Positions 1 through 9,484 of a stretch of 64,000 bases of DNA are shown in pieces. The DNA is from a virus, in the IMG/VR virus record IMGVR_UViG_3300036780_000209, positions 1-64,000 of that record; one strand, written 5' to 3'. How positions within the stretch are numbered: position 1 is the stretch's first letter; every line of letters begins with the position of its first letter. Below the pieces are notes generated by a model, which was not told the DNA's origin, made no database searches, and worked only from the letters and a program-made list of their open reading frames with translations. The translations under genes and the position numbers were made by a program.

Positions 1-1621
1 CAATTCCGGCATCACGATGCTCGTGGAAGAAGTCACCGGCCTGCTGGCAGGAAATACCTCCGCGATGCTGGACGGCACCCCGGCGACGAACACCGGCACG
101 AATTCCCCGGCGACTAACGGCGCTTACAGCTCCACGGCCGTAAATGAGTTCCTGGCCGGGTGCTACGGGGATCCCGGGGACGGCGTCACCGTATCTAATT
201 CCACGGGATACACGCCGGACACTGCAAATGTAAATGCCAGCAACTTCGCCACCTGCTTTGTTTCTTACAAGAACAGCACCAACGGATCAGAATCAGCTTC
301 CTGGGCATTGTCCGGCGCGGCCACCGACGGCTGGAAAACCATTCTCGCCGCGTTCAAGCTGGCTGGCGGCGGAGGCGGCGGCGGGACCCCGGTCCCGGCA
401 TTCACGGACCAGGCCGGGTACCGGCCGCGCTGGGCACCTCACGCCAGGACGTTCCGCAATGCCCGGCGCATCTTCCAGCCCGCGCCGCCCCAGGGCAACC
501 GGGGGGTTGCCTTCCCGCTGTGGACCCGCCAGGGCGGTACCCGGCCGAGATGGCACCCGGACCGCCGCCGCATGCAGGTGCGCCGGGCCGAGGTTCCCTG
601 GGGCCAGTCGAATCAGGGCACCCGGTTCCCGCTGTGGACCAGGCAGCGGGGGTCTTTCCCGAAGTGGCACCCGCATGTCCTCCGGGTCCGGTCGAGGAAG
701 TCCGAGCCAGGGTGGGGGCAGGGCAATCAGGGCGTCCCGTTCCCGCTGTGGACCAGGCAGCGGGGGCTGTCGCCTAAATGGCACCCTCACAGGCTGCGGA
801 TGCGGACCCGGCGGGCGGAGCCCGGCTGGGGCCAGCAGAACCAGGGCGTCCCGTTCCCGCTGACCGTGCACCGCCCGGGGGCCGCGCCGAAGTGGCCGCC
901 GCACGTCATCAGGATGAGGGTGCGCAGGGCCGAGCCCGGCTGGGGGCAGGGCAATCAGGGGGCTCTGTTCCCGCTGTTCACGGGGCGATCCCGCAGGCTG
1001 GCTCCCCGGCCGCCGAGAGCCCGGCTGTACCAGGCCTTCACCCCGCCTGTCGCAAGCGCCCTGCCCGCACTGAGCCGCCAGGGCCTGCGCCGCCTGCCGC
1101 GCCCGCCCCGGGGCCGGCTGTACCTCAGCTTCACGGCCGCGCCTGCCCCGGTCCCGCCGCCCCCGGTGCTCCGGCCGCATGCCGTCCGCCTGGCCAGGCC
1201 GCCCCGGGGCCGCTCCTGGCTGACCTTCCCCCTCGTCCCGGTTCCCGCTCCGGTACCGCCATCGCTGACGAGGGAGCGCCTCCGGCCCCCGGCCCGCGTT
1301 CGCCGGCCGGCCTCCTCGCTCGTCCCCGGGGCACCTGCCCCGGCCGCCCTGGCTGCCGCGCTGCTGACCGGGACCGGGACGCTCGAAGCCTTTGCCGTCG
1401 GGGGACCTGACCTGGACGCGCTGTGGGCTGCCTACCTCGCTGCCGCCGCCCGGGCGGCCACGCTCAGGTCCAACTGGCGGCTGATCCGGTCCGTGGCCGC
1501 CACGGACGGGACGGCCGGGGCGCTATATGCCCAGCTCTACGAGGCCGAGCAGGCAGCGGACGCAGCCCACGCCGCCTGGCAGGCGGCCTACCGGATCCGG
1601 TACCCGGCTCCCCCCGGGTAA
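1..1621 (+). CDS. 5'-partial probable virion/tail-associated protein: Ser/Thr/Asn-rich N-part, poly-Gly linker, Arg/Pro/Trp-rich tandem repeats, helical C-terminus
   Basis: Frame is open to the window edge (NSGIT-M...). The beta-rich N-part ends in GGGGGG, followed by 38-aa repeats. Function inferred only from composition and context. Confidence 0.55.
   Translation, partial: NSGITMLVEEVTGLLAGNTSAMLDGTPATNTGTNSPATNGAYSSTAVNEFLAGCYGDPGDGVTVSNSTGYTPDTANVNASNFATCFVSYKNSTNGSESASWALSGAATDGWKTILAAFKLAGGGGGGGTPVPAFTDQAGYRPRWAPHARTFRNARRIFQPAPPQGNRGVAFPLWTRQGGTRPRWHPDRRRMQVRRAEVPWGQSNQGTRFPLWTRQRGSFPKWHPHVLRVRSRKSEPGWGQGNQGVPFPLWTRQRGLSPKWHPHRLRMRTRRAEPGWGQQNQGVPFPLTVHRPGAAPKWPPHVIRMRVRRAEPGWGQGNQGALFPLFTGRSRRLAPRPPRARLYQAFTPPVASALPALSRQGLRRLPRPPRGRLYLSFTAAPAPVPPPPVLRPHAVRLARPPRGRSWLTFPLVPVPAPVPPSLTRERLRPPARVRRPASSLVPGAPAPAALAAALLTGTGTLEAFAVGGPDLDALWAAYLAAAARAATLRSNWRLIRSVAATDGTAGALYAQLYEAEQAADAAHAAWQAAYRIRYPAPPG
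491..985 (+). repeat. Coding tandem repeat, 114-nt (38-aa) period, about 4.3 copies
   Basis: Units start at 491, 605, 719, 833 and 947 (Q-x-N-[QR]-G-x-x-FPL...P[KR]W-x-P...R...E-x-x-WG). Confidence 0.9.
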
Positions 1622-1622
1622 G

Positions 1623-2006
1623 TTACTCCTTCATCTCATCCAGCTCCCGCGTCAGGCGCACGTTGGCCAGGCGCAGCTTGCTGACCTCGGCCCGGAGATG
1701 ATCAACCTCGTCGTGCAGCTCGTTCACCTCGGACCGGAGGCGGCCGGCGTCGGATTCCAGTTGGTGGATAACCGACTCGTACAGGTTTTTCGCCCGGTCG
1801 TAGGCTGCCGCGTCCACTGCCTTGGCAGTGGCTTCTGACTGCGCCTTAGACGCTTTGTTAGAAGCCCGGTAAGCGAAATAACCCACGACACCCGTCAGGA
1901 TCCCCAGGAGTATCTCGACTACTATGTTGGGATCTACCCCTGGCTTGGATGATCCCGCAGCAATACCGGAAGGAAATAGAATCAGGGTCAGTATAAGGTG
2001 ACCCAT
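1623..2006 (-). CDS. Membrane protein with C-terminal coiled coil (holin-like/lysis-associated)
   Basis: Hydrophobic N-terminal segments (IVVEILLGILTGVVGYFAY) followed by a heptad coiled coil; RBS GAAGAGGGA upstream. Confidence 0.6.
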   Translation of the reverse strand: MGHLILTLILFPSGIAAGSSKPGVDPNIVVEILLGILTGVVGYFAYRASNKASKAQSEATAKAVDAAAYDRAKNLYESVIHQLESDAGRLRSEVNELHDEVDHLRAEVSKLRLANVRLTRELDEMKE

Positions 2007-2007
2007 C

Positions 2008-2442
2008 TTATGTTCCCTCTTCCCGGAACCGTTCGGGCAGCGGGTACTCCAGTTCCCGGGTCTTCGGATCGGGCCAGGACGAGATAATGAGCACGGTCGC
2101 GGAAAAGGCCATCCAGACGACTGCGCTCAGCCATCCGTTAGGCAGGCTGCCGCCCAGCCAGTTAGCCAGGCTGACGCCTCCCCAGGAGAAATCTAGCATG
2201 GCTGCCAGCACGAAGGACCCCCGGTCTCTCCTGAGGAATGCCCCGGCTGCGCAGAATATGCCGGTCAGCATCCAGGAGACCTCCCAGGTGCTCCACGGCA
2301 GGTAAAGGTCCGCCGCCGCCCGCTGGGGAGTAGCAGTCAGGTGAAGGCCCCAGGCATAAACCAGGTCAAGAATGGCGAGGAAGAAAAGGAAAGCGCCCCG
2401 GTGCCCGGGCCTCCTCACCATTCCCCGGATCTTACCTATCAC
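2008..2442 (-). CDS. 4-TM membrane protein (holin-like)
   Basis: Four hydrophobic helices; probable GTG start at 2442 after GGAGG. Confidence 0.6.
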   Translation of the reverse strand: MIGKIRGMVRRPGHRGAFLFFLAILDLVYAWGLHLTATPQRAAADLYLPWSTWEVSWMLTGIFCAAGAFLRRDRGSFVLAAMLDFSWGGVSLANWLGGSLPNGWLSAVVWMAFSATVLIISSWPDPKTRELEYPLPERFREEGT

Positions 2443-2683
2443 TGGCTGCCTCCCAGGGGCGCTCGATCTCTTCCCTTCTTTCCGGGCTGAGGAGTCTTCC
2501 GTCCGCCCAGGCGTGAGTATCCCAGATGACATGAGGGACTTCCCCGAGGAAGTCCGCCGTCATTTTCGCGGCCTCGGCACGTGACGGCGAGCCGGGGAAA
2601 TCGAGGCGGATCCCGGACCCCCCGAAAGGATCCTGCCCGGATATTTCCCCGGCGCTGAGCACCTGCTGGTGATATGGCATCAT
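2432..2683 (-). CDS. Hypothetical protein
   Basis: Fills the gap between the HNH and the membrane genes; its stop overlaps the next start. Confidence 0.45.
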   Translation of the reverse strand: MMPYHQQVLSAGEISGQDPFGGSGIRLDFPGSPSRAEAAKMTADFLGEVPHVIWDTHAWADGRLLSPERREEIERPWEAASDR

Positions 2684-2706
2684 GAGACATGCTCTATAAT
2701 CGAGTT

Positions 2707-3225
2707 ATGCGTAAGGGACAGAAGCTGGCTGACGATAATCGGTACTGGTCTAAGGTCAGTATCCGTAAGGCCGACGAATGCTGGCCCTGGACCGGGTCCT
2801 GCCTTCCCTTTCCCGGACATCCAGAACTGCAAGGGTACGGACAATTCTGGGACGGAACCTACCACCCGAATGGTCGCCCCCGTATGGTCGGTGCTCACCG
2901 ATGGGGATACACCTGGCGCATCGGACCAATCCCTGATGACTTCCAAGTCTGCCATTCGTGCGATTTCAGGCCCTGCCAAAATGATGCACATTGGTTCCTC
3001 GGTACTCAATCCGACAACATGAGAGATGCCGTTCGCAAGAACCGCATGCGGCAACCCGACAACTCGGGAGAGAATCACGGACTTCATCGGCTTACCCAGG
3101 CGCAAATCGAAGAAATCCGGTGTCGTTACAGCCAGGGAGGAATCCGGCAAAAGGATCTGGCTGCCGAGTTCGGTGTCGGTCAGCAACAGGTCAGTCGCAT
3201 CATCAGAAAGCAAAGCTGGCGTTAG
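2707..3225 (+). CDS. Free-standing HNH homing endonuclease with C-terminal HTH
   Basis: CWPWTG...AHR...VCHSCD...CQNDAHWFLGTQSDNMRD motif and QKDLAAEFGVGQQQVSRI HTH. TATAAT at 2695-2700 lies 6 nt before ATG 2707 (leaderless). Confidence 0.9.
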   Translation: MRKGQKLADDNRYWSKVSIRKADECWPWTGSCLPFPGHPELQGYGQFWDGTYHPNGRPRMVGAHRWGYTWRIGPIPDDFQVCHSCDFRPCQNDAHWFLGTQSDNMRDAVRKNRMRQPDNSGENHGLHRLTQAQIEEIRCRYSQGGIRQKDLAAEFGVGQQQVSRIIRKQSWR

Positions 3226-6200
3226 GCCCATACGACATCATCCTCCAGATCGTCTGATCCACGCTTGTTCAGCTCGTCGGCCAGATCCTCGTAGTGAGTG
3301 CCCGAGATGTCGAGCAGGTCCAGGTTCCTGGCGCGGACGCCGCGTCCCTCGGCGATGAGCTGCCCGGCCTCGGCATCCCCGAACACCTCGGCGGTCTTGC
3401 TCAGGTAGCCCCGGGCCGCCGCCGCGATGTCATTGTCCTGCGGCGTTGCGTTTCCTGCGTTCAGCGACTGAGCCGCCGCGCTGGCCTGGAACCGGGCGAT
3501 GATGTCGTCTTCCTTCTGCCCGGTGCCTTCCGTCCCGCCGTACTCGTCGCCTGACGGCATCCCGGCCGGGACGGACACCTCGTCGGAGTCGGCCCCGCCG
3601 CCGGACCACTGCTGGTTGCCGATCGTCTGGATGCTCGTGTCATCCGGGCTCATGTCCTCATCGTGCATGCTCATGCCCGGCCCGCCGCCGGTATCGGAGG
3701 CGTCGAGGGCATAGCCGCCGTCGGCGGTCACCCCCTCCGGGTCGAGCGCGGCCTCGGGCTCGTCGTGCAGCTCGGCCAGGGCACGGCGCAACGCCGCCCG
3801 GACCCGGGACTCCTCCATCCGGATGCCCTGGGGATCGGCCGGCGAGATCGAGGTTGAAGGGCCGGCGGTGTTCGACTGGTCGCTGTACGGGAAGCTCTCC
3901 TGGTACTCCGGTCCCCAGTCATCGATGTCCGGGCCGGCCAGGGCGGCCTCATGCCGGATTCCCGGATGCGGCTCAGCGCCGTGGAAGGGACCCCTCGTCC
4001 CGTCGCTGAATGGCGTGTCCTCGTGCTCGGAGTAATGCACGTAGGCGCTGACCTTCTTGCCCGCCCGCGCCGCACCCTGAGCACGGTGATGTCCGTCAGC
4101 TACCTGGTAGATCCCGTGCCTGTGCACCAGGACCACCGGGGGCACCTTGTCCCCGTGCATATAGCCCTCGTAGGCCTGCCGGACCCGGGGGTCGCCTCTT
4201 TCATGCCGGGCATAGTCGATATGCCTCGGATGCACCTTCTCATGATGGAAGCTCAGGTCCCAGGCACTGGACCCCTCGGCACCCGGGTCCTCAGGCCGGT
4301 CATTGGCCAGGTCATTGGCTGCCGAGCCGATGCCCTCACCGTCGGCCCCCTCGGCCTCCTCGCCATGCTCCTCCGGATCCCCGTAGACATGCGGGTGCCG
4401 TGCCCCGACCTCATCCCAGTCCAGCGATGCCATGTTGCTCAGCGGCATCTGCGCGGCGCTGGTCTCGTCGATCTCGCCCCAGTTCTCCGGGTCAGGCGCA
4501 TTCAGGAACCCGTGATCAGCCGGGTTGGTATCGGGTGCCCGGGGCTCGGTGGCCCCGAACGGCTTGGCCGGGGGATGGGAGGGCTCGGCCTGGCTTCCCC
4601 AGGGCGCGTTCGCCTGGTCCGCCTCGATGATCATGCTCAGGTGCCCGGAGTCGTACCGCTGGTGAGCTTCATCATCCACCTGCGGGTCCCATGGCTGCGT
4701 CTCGCGCATGATCTCGTGCATGTCCTGGTACCGGTGGAACCTGCGCGGCGGATCATAGTCCGTGATAGGCCGGTTCTGGTTGAAGCCGCCTTCGGTGTCC
4801 GGGTGCCCGTACGACTCGGCTTCCCCTCCGCCGTAGGGGGTGTACTCGCGGCCGAAAGCGTGGTGATCGTGGTCGGGCCGCACTTCCGCGTCCGGGTGAT
4901 GCAGGAACTTGTGCACGCGGGCCGGGCCGCCCATCGGTTCGGTCCACTCCGGGGGGTGGCCGTGCTTGCGCTCCAGGTGGCCGGGCAGGTCCCCGGGCTC
5001 TGCCCAGTCGGAGGCATGCCCCAGGTGGTAGCGGACCGGGCCGGCCTCGTATTCAGGCCCGTCGATCTCCTCCTGGCCGGCCTGATCGTCGTCGTCATCG
5101 TCGGCGGCGGTGATCAGGCGGCTCTCCTTCTTCGGCTTCTTATCTGCCTTTTCCTTCGGCTTGCCGTCCTTATCCCCGGAATAATTCGGCTCGCCCGAGG
5201 AAAAGTCGGGCTTGCCGTCCTTGCCGGGCTTCCCGAATGCGCGGCCTGGCTTAACCGGCTGCTGCCCGGCGGGGGGGCTGGTACCCTGCGTCCACGGGGG
5301 GAGTCCCGTCATCGCCGCTGGCTGGCTCGGGGTGGCGGACGGATCTCCGAAGTCGAGGCTGTTGGCCTCGTCCTCGGTGTCGGCCTGAGGTCCCGGCTCC
5401 CCCCGCTCCAGGTCGTTGTCCGGCTCCTCGTCCCCGGGCAGTCGCGAGAACGCTCCCTCCACCTCGCCGTGGAAGCGGTCCCTGTCCTCCGGGGTTCCGT
5501 CCGGTCCCCGCTCGCGGCCGGTGCCGTCGTTCCCGAATTGCTGAGAGTGCATCTCGGCCCACGGCCCCTTCTCGTCCGGGACCTCGGCGGTGTAGCTGTC
5601 CAGGGGCTGGCCCTGGACCAGGGCGCGCAGTCCCCGGTGGTGACCGTCCCCGATGTCCTTGGGCCTGCCCTGCACCTGGGTCAGGATTGCGGGCTTGGGG
5701 TCCTTGCCCCTGGCGGCCCTCTTCTCGTTCTTCTTCCCGACCTTGGCCACCCGCTCGGGCTGGTCGTAGGCAGCCCACTTGCCGCGCCCGGCCCAGTTGA
5801 TGTCCGACAGCGCCGTCTGCTCCGGCCCGTGCCAGCGCACCGAGTGCACCCAGTCGATCGCCTTGGCCGGGTAGTCGCCCGCGAGCTGGGAGTACACCTG
5901 GTCGGCCCGGCGGCGCTGGACGAGCGCCTCCGCCTGCAGGGCGGAGTAGCGGTACCTGGACTCCAGGCTGCCCTCCTCCGGCAGCGGGTGCGGACGGCCC
6001 TCCTCGGACCTCATGACCGATCCGTACGGGTCATCCGGCAGCCGTCCGCCGGGGTCCTGCAGCGAGGGGTGCAGCTTGCGCAGGGGGAAGCTGGTCCCGA
6101 ATGACCGCTCGAATTCCTGGCGGCGCTCCTGGCGGCCATACTCGACCTCGCTCATCCGGTTATGCAGGTGATCGGCCGTGCCCGCGTCGTGCAGCCCCCA

Positions 6201-8420
6201 GTGGACGCTTTCGCCCGTGCGCCCCTGAGCCCTGGCCTGCCCGATGTCCTGCTCGCCCCAGTGGTGATGCCGCTGGAGGTGAGCCCAGTACTGATTTTCC
6301 GAGGTGGCCTGATGCTCCATGCGCTCTCCTTCAGAGGAGGTTGTCGAGCGCAGCGTTTCCGGGTGAGGCCGGTAAGGCCCCATGTGCTCCAGGTGCACGT
6401 GCCTCATCGGTGCCGGCCAGCCGCCCATGCCCTGATGGGACTGGGTGTGCTCGTCATCGGGGTCCAGTCCCTGGTCCATGGCATCCTGCAGCTCGTCAGG
6501 ATCCCAGTGGTGCACGTCCACCAGGTGCTCCCGGTAGTCGTAATCGACGGACCCCATGGCCTGGAGGAATTCCACGTCCTGGCTGTCCGGAAGCGGCTCG
6601 GGCTCGGGCACGTACTGCGGCTGCCCGTACTCGGTGCTCGGCACGAAGTCGCCCCAGTTGGCCCCCTGGCCCGTGCTCCACTCGTGCAGCTTGCCGCGCT
6701 CGTGGCCGGTCCAGGGGACGTTGGCCTCATGCAGCGTGGCCACGAAGCCGCCGATCTCCAGGCCCGGGCCGCCGCCGCCGGACACGTTCTCGGGGAACAT
6801 GCCGATCTGGGCGCCGTTGGTGTTCTTCTTGACCTCTTCCTCGGTCCGGTGCTCAGCCGGGCCGGCCTGGGGCACCGAGCTGCCCGGGGAGGGGTGAATG
6901 TCGTAGGCCTTCGCGTCATCCCACTTGCCGTCGCCCTGGCCCTCAGTGGACTCGTCATCGTAGGAGTTGGGCTCGGCCGCCCGGGGGTTACCCGGATCCG
7001 ATCCGTGACCGGGGGCATCGCCGTGGTCATCCACCTGCTGCATAGAGGTGCCGGGGCGTCCGCTCATCTGCGTGGCAGCCCACAGCCAGGCGGCCTCGTG
7101 CGGCGCGAAGTCCTGGTCCTCGTCCTCAGGCGGCTCCTCCTCGCCTTCCGGAGGCCCTTCCCCATCCTCCTCGTCGTCACCTGGCGGAGGCGGAGGGGGT
7201 CCCTCAGCGGGCGGCTCAGGGCCGCCTGCGGGCGGCAGCGGCTCCTCCGGCTCGTCGATGTTCTCGCCGAGCCACTGCTGCTGGGCCGGGGCCTGGCCGT
7301 AGATGCCGCCGGACTCGCCCGGCTCGCGGGGATCCTGGTCAGTGCCGTAGGCAGCGGCGGTGTGCTGCTGCGGGCGAGGGAAGCGGAACTCGTTCAGCGG
7401 CCCGGGATGCTCGAAGCTGCGGTCTCCCTTGCGCCAGGAGATTCCGATCAGGGAGACGGGAGCGTTATCCCTCAGCGGGATCTCCTGGTCCTCGTGCTTG
7501 TCGTAGCCGAGGACGCGGCGGTCTTCGAGGGCGTCCACGTCAGTCTCGATGTGGTGGCGCTCGGGCCGGGCAGCGTGCAGGAAGACGTGCGTCTTGCCCC
7601 CGTCATATTCCGCGACGTGAGCGTAATGCTCGCCTCTCTCCGGATCGCTGCTCCAGCTATTCCCGACAACGCCCCGGGCCAGGTGGTCGGAGAGCGCCCT
7701 GGCGCGCTCGGCTACGGGCCGCGCCTGATCGTGCACGAACTCGTGAACGTGAGCGGGCAGCTCGACGCTCATCCCCCGGTGGACGACATGAGGAAGCTGC
7801 GGGTAGTGCTCGTCCCAGTCCGTGTGGGCCGACTCGTGATTCTCGGCCTCCTCGCTGCTATAGTGATGCTCCTCGCAGACATCGCACCAGCCGTTGTTAT
7901 GGCTTTCCGGATAATCCCGGTCATGAGGATCTTCCGGATCGTAATGCGCGATCTTCGACCCGATGACCGTGAACTGGCCGGCCGGGTCCGGGCGGTCGTG
8001 CAGGACCGAGCCGAACTCAGGGTAATCATCGGCAGCCGTGTGGATGATCTCGGCCAGCGACTGGCCATTGCGGCCGATCACCCCGTCAGGCATCTGGCCA
8101 TAGGCTGCGGCCCGGGCCTCGTCCTCGGTAAGGTAACGGGCCGTCACCCCGGCGGGCAGGTTCGCGGGGGCCTGGCTGCCGCCGCCGAGATCTTCGGGCA
8201 CCGGGCGGAGCTGGCTGGCCGTGTAGGTACCGCCGCCCATGCCGTTGTCGAGGACGACCTGGTATTCGGTAATTCCAGGAGAGAATGACTCACTGACAAA
8301 AATAATGCGCCCGATGAATCCGTCAATAGTCCTTACGCGATCCCCGACCTTGAACTGAGTATCCAGGGCTCCCTCCTGAGAAGAGAGGCGAGAAGAATGC
8401 CGCTTAATCCGACGCTCCAT
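3222..8420 (-). CDS. Giant (about 1730 aa) virion-associated polyvalent protein: SH3/KOW-like N-terminus, ADP-ribosyltransferase-like domain, two ParB-like domains, His-rich modules, acidic linkers
   Basis: FKVGDRVRTIDG; HRG...SWSSD...EDQE (R-S-E ART pattern, about 7400-7800); GDGHHR (about 5640) and ADGHHR (about 4090); C-terminal ARNLDLLDISGTHY. ATG 8420 follows AGGGGG. Confidence 0.75.
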   Translation of the reverse strand: MERRIKRHSSRLSSQEGALDTQFKVGDRVRTIDGFIGRIIFVSESFSPGITEYQVVLDNGMGGGTYTASQLRPVPEDLGGGSQAPANLPAGVTARYLTEDEARAAAYGQMPDGVIGRNGQSLAEIIHTAADDYPEFGSVLHDRPDPAGQFTVIGSKIAHYDPEDPHDRDYPESHNNGWCDVCEEHHYSSEEAENHESAHTDWDEHYPQLPHVVHRGMSVELPAHVHEFVHDQARPVAERARALSDHLARGVVGNSWSSDPERGEHYAHVAEYDGGKTHVFLHAARPERHHIETDVDALEDRRVLGYDKHEDQEIPLRDNAPVSLIGISWRKGDRSFEHPGPLNEFRFPRPQQHTAAAYGTDQDPREPGESGGIYGQAPAQQQWLGENIDEPEEPLPPAGGPEPPAEGPPPPPPGDDEEDGEGPPEGEEEPPEDEDQDFAPHEAAWLWAATQMSGRPGTSMQQVDDHGDAPGHGSDPGNPRAAEPNSYDDESTEGQGDGKWDDAKAYDIHPSPGSSVPQAGPAEHRTEEEVKKNTNGAQIGMFPENVSGGGGPGLEIGGFVATLHEANVPWTGHERGKLHEWSTGQGANWGDFVPSTEYGQPQYVPEPEPLPDSQDVEFLQAMGSVDYDYREHLVDVHHWDPDELQDAMDQGLDPDDEHTQSHQGMGGWPAPMRHVHLEHMGPYRPHPETLRSTTSSEGERMEHQATSENQYWAHLQRHHHWGEQDIGQARAQGRTGESVHWGLHDAGTADHLHNRMSEVEYGRQERRQEFERSFGTSFPLRKLHPSLQDPGGRLPDDPYGSVMRSEEGRPHPLPEEGSLESRYRYSALQAEALVQRRRADQVYSQLAGDYPAKAIDWVHSVRWHGPEQTALSDINWAGRGKWAAYDQPERVAKVGKKNEKRAARGKDPKPAILTQVQGRPKDIGDGHHRGLRALVQGQPLDSYTAEVPDEKGPWAEMHSQQFGNDGTGRERGPDGTPEDRDRFHGEVEGAFSRLPGDEEPDNDLERGEPGPQADTEDEANSLDFGDPSATPSQPAAMTGLPPWTQGTSPPAGQQPVKPGRAFGKPGKDGKPDFSSGEPNYSGDKDGKPKEKADKKPKKESRLITAADDDDDDQAGQEEIDGPEYEAGPVRYHLGHASDWAEPGDLPGHLERKHGHPPEWTEPMGGPARVHKFLHHPDAEVRPDHDHHAFGREYTPYGGGEAESYGHPDTEGGFNQNRPITDYDPPRRFHRYQDMHEIMRETQPWDPQVDDEAHQRYDSGHLSMIIEADQANAPWGSQAEPSHPPAKPFGATEPRAPDTNPADHGFLNAPDPENWGEIDETSAAQMPLSNMASLDWDEVGARHPHVYGDPEEHGEEAEGADGEGIGSAANDLANDRPEDPGAEGSSAWDLSFHHEKVHPRHIDYARHERGDPRVRQAYEGYMHGDKVPPVVLVHRHGIYQVADGHHRAQGAARAGKKVSAYVHYSEHEDTPFSDGTRGPFHGAEPHPGIRHEAALAGPDIDDWGPEYQESFPYSDQSNTAGPSTSISPADPQGIRMEESRVRAALRRALAELHDEPEAALDPEGVTADGGYALDASDTGGGPGMSMHDEDMSPDDTSIQTIGNQQWSGGGADSDEVSVPAGMPSGDEYGGTEGTGQKEDDIIARFQASAAAQSLNAGNATPQDNDIAAAARGYLSKTAEVFGDAEAGQLIAEGRGVRARNLDLLDISGTHYEDLADELNKRGSDDLEDDVVWA

Positions 8421-8509
8421 CTTTATGCCCCCTGATAAGATACAGAAGAGCGGTCCCGGCAGTGCGGGAACACCACCGGGACCAGCAGACCTGACATGGA
8501 GGTCCACCT

Positions 8510-9004
8510 GTGCCCGAGTCTACTGAACGATGGCTGCCGATCCCTGGTTATGAAGGCTTGTATGAGGCTTCTTCCGACGGTCGGATCCGGAGCAACCGGC
8601 GACAAGGTTCCCGGGGCGGCCTCAAGAAGCTCAGCCTTAATCGGCATGGTTACCTGGAAGTAAACCTCTCGCGCGATAACAGCAGCCGGACATGGCCGGT
8701 TCATCAACTGATCACGCTTGCTTTTCATGGCCTCCGGCCACCTGGCCTGGAAGCTAGGCATCTCGATACCAACAGCCTGAATAATCGCGCCCAGAATCTC
8801 TGCTGGGGAACTTCCGCTGAGAACAAGCAGGACACCCTGGCACACGGCAAACACAACATGGCCAGTAAAGATAAATGCCCTCAAGATCATGAGTACACCC
8901 CGGAGAACACCTACCGTCCTCCTGGCCGACCGAACAACCGCCAGTGTCAGATCTGTCGGCTCGCTCAGGGCGCAGCGAGGCGAGCTGAGTCCAGGTTGCA
9001 CTAG
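8510..9004 (+). CDS. NUMOD4-HNH homing endonuclease
   Basis: ERWLPIPGYEGLYEASSDGRIRS (NUMOD4); VHQLI...ARHLD...NNRAQNLCWGTSAEN (HNH); CPQDHEY...CQIC zinc motif. Confidence 0.92.
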   Translation: MPESTERWLPIPGYEGLYEASSDGRIRSNRRQGSRGGLKKLSLNRHGYLEVNLSRDNSSRTWPVHQLITLAFHGLRPPGLEARHLDTNSLNNRAQNLCWGTSAENKQDTLAHGKHNMASKDKCPQDHEYTPENTYRPPGRPNNRQCQICRLAQGAARRAESRLH

Positions 9005-9097
9005 GCGCACCCGCACCCGCTGGCCCTGCCGGAACGCCGTGTCCCCGGCTGCTCCTGTGACCTGGCGGGTGGCGTGACGCTGGATCTTGCGCTCCAC
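9005..9097 (-). pseudogene. Orphaned original 5' end of the giant gene 3222-8420, cut off by the HNH insertion
   Basis: GGAGG RBS + GTG, then MERKIQRHATRQVTGAAGDTAFRQGQRVR, which aligns with MERRIKRHSSRLSSQEGALDTQFKVGDRVR at 8420. Confidence 0.8.
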
Positions 9098-9193
9098 GAG
9101 ACCTCCCTCGTACTTCCGGGGAAGCAGCGAGCCCCGGACAAGAGGGGGTCTGCCGGGGCTCGCTCAAGGAGGTGGGGTGCTCCGCTGAGAAGA

Positions 9194-9484
9194 CTAGCCG
9201 GTGCGCGGGTTCTCTGCCAGCCTGCGCTGGATTTCAGTGACTTCGGCCGGGCTCTTGCCGCCATTCTGGTGACGGCCCCCCATGACCTGCCGCCATGCCT
9301 GGGCGGCGCTCTGGACGCCCCAGCCGAACAGGATCGCCTCATCGTCGTTGCGCAGCTCGGCGAGCTGGCCGTTGGACATCACCACCCCGATGCTGCCCGG
9401 TGCGGTGGCCAGCTCCTGCCAGCTCCGGACGTACCCGTCATCGACGAACCCGTCGAGCAGGAGCCTTGCCTGGTCGTTCATCAT
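9194..9484 (-). CDS. Hypothetical protein
   Basis: ATGA overlap with the ardC stop; GC3-biased codons. Confidence 0.55.
   Translation of the reverse strand: MMNDQARLLLDGFVDDGYVRSWQELATAPGSIGVVMSNGQLAELRNDDEAILFGWGVQSAAQAWRQVMGGRHQNGGKSPAEVTEIQRRLAENPRTG

Noticed and set aside
491-985. Regular 114-nt repeats as a possible CRISPR array
   Set aside because: The period is a multiple of 3, the repeat is conserved at protein level, and there are no identical repeats with unique spacers and no cas genes.
3951-8288. Long plus-strand ORFs (3951-6104, 6162-8288) and similar ones at 53343-55118 and 59926-61632
   Set aside because: Antisense shadows of GC3-biased minus-strand genes; no motifs or RBS.
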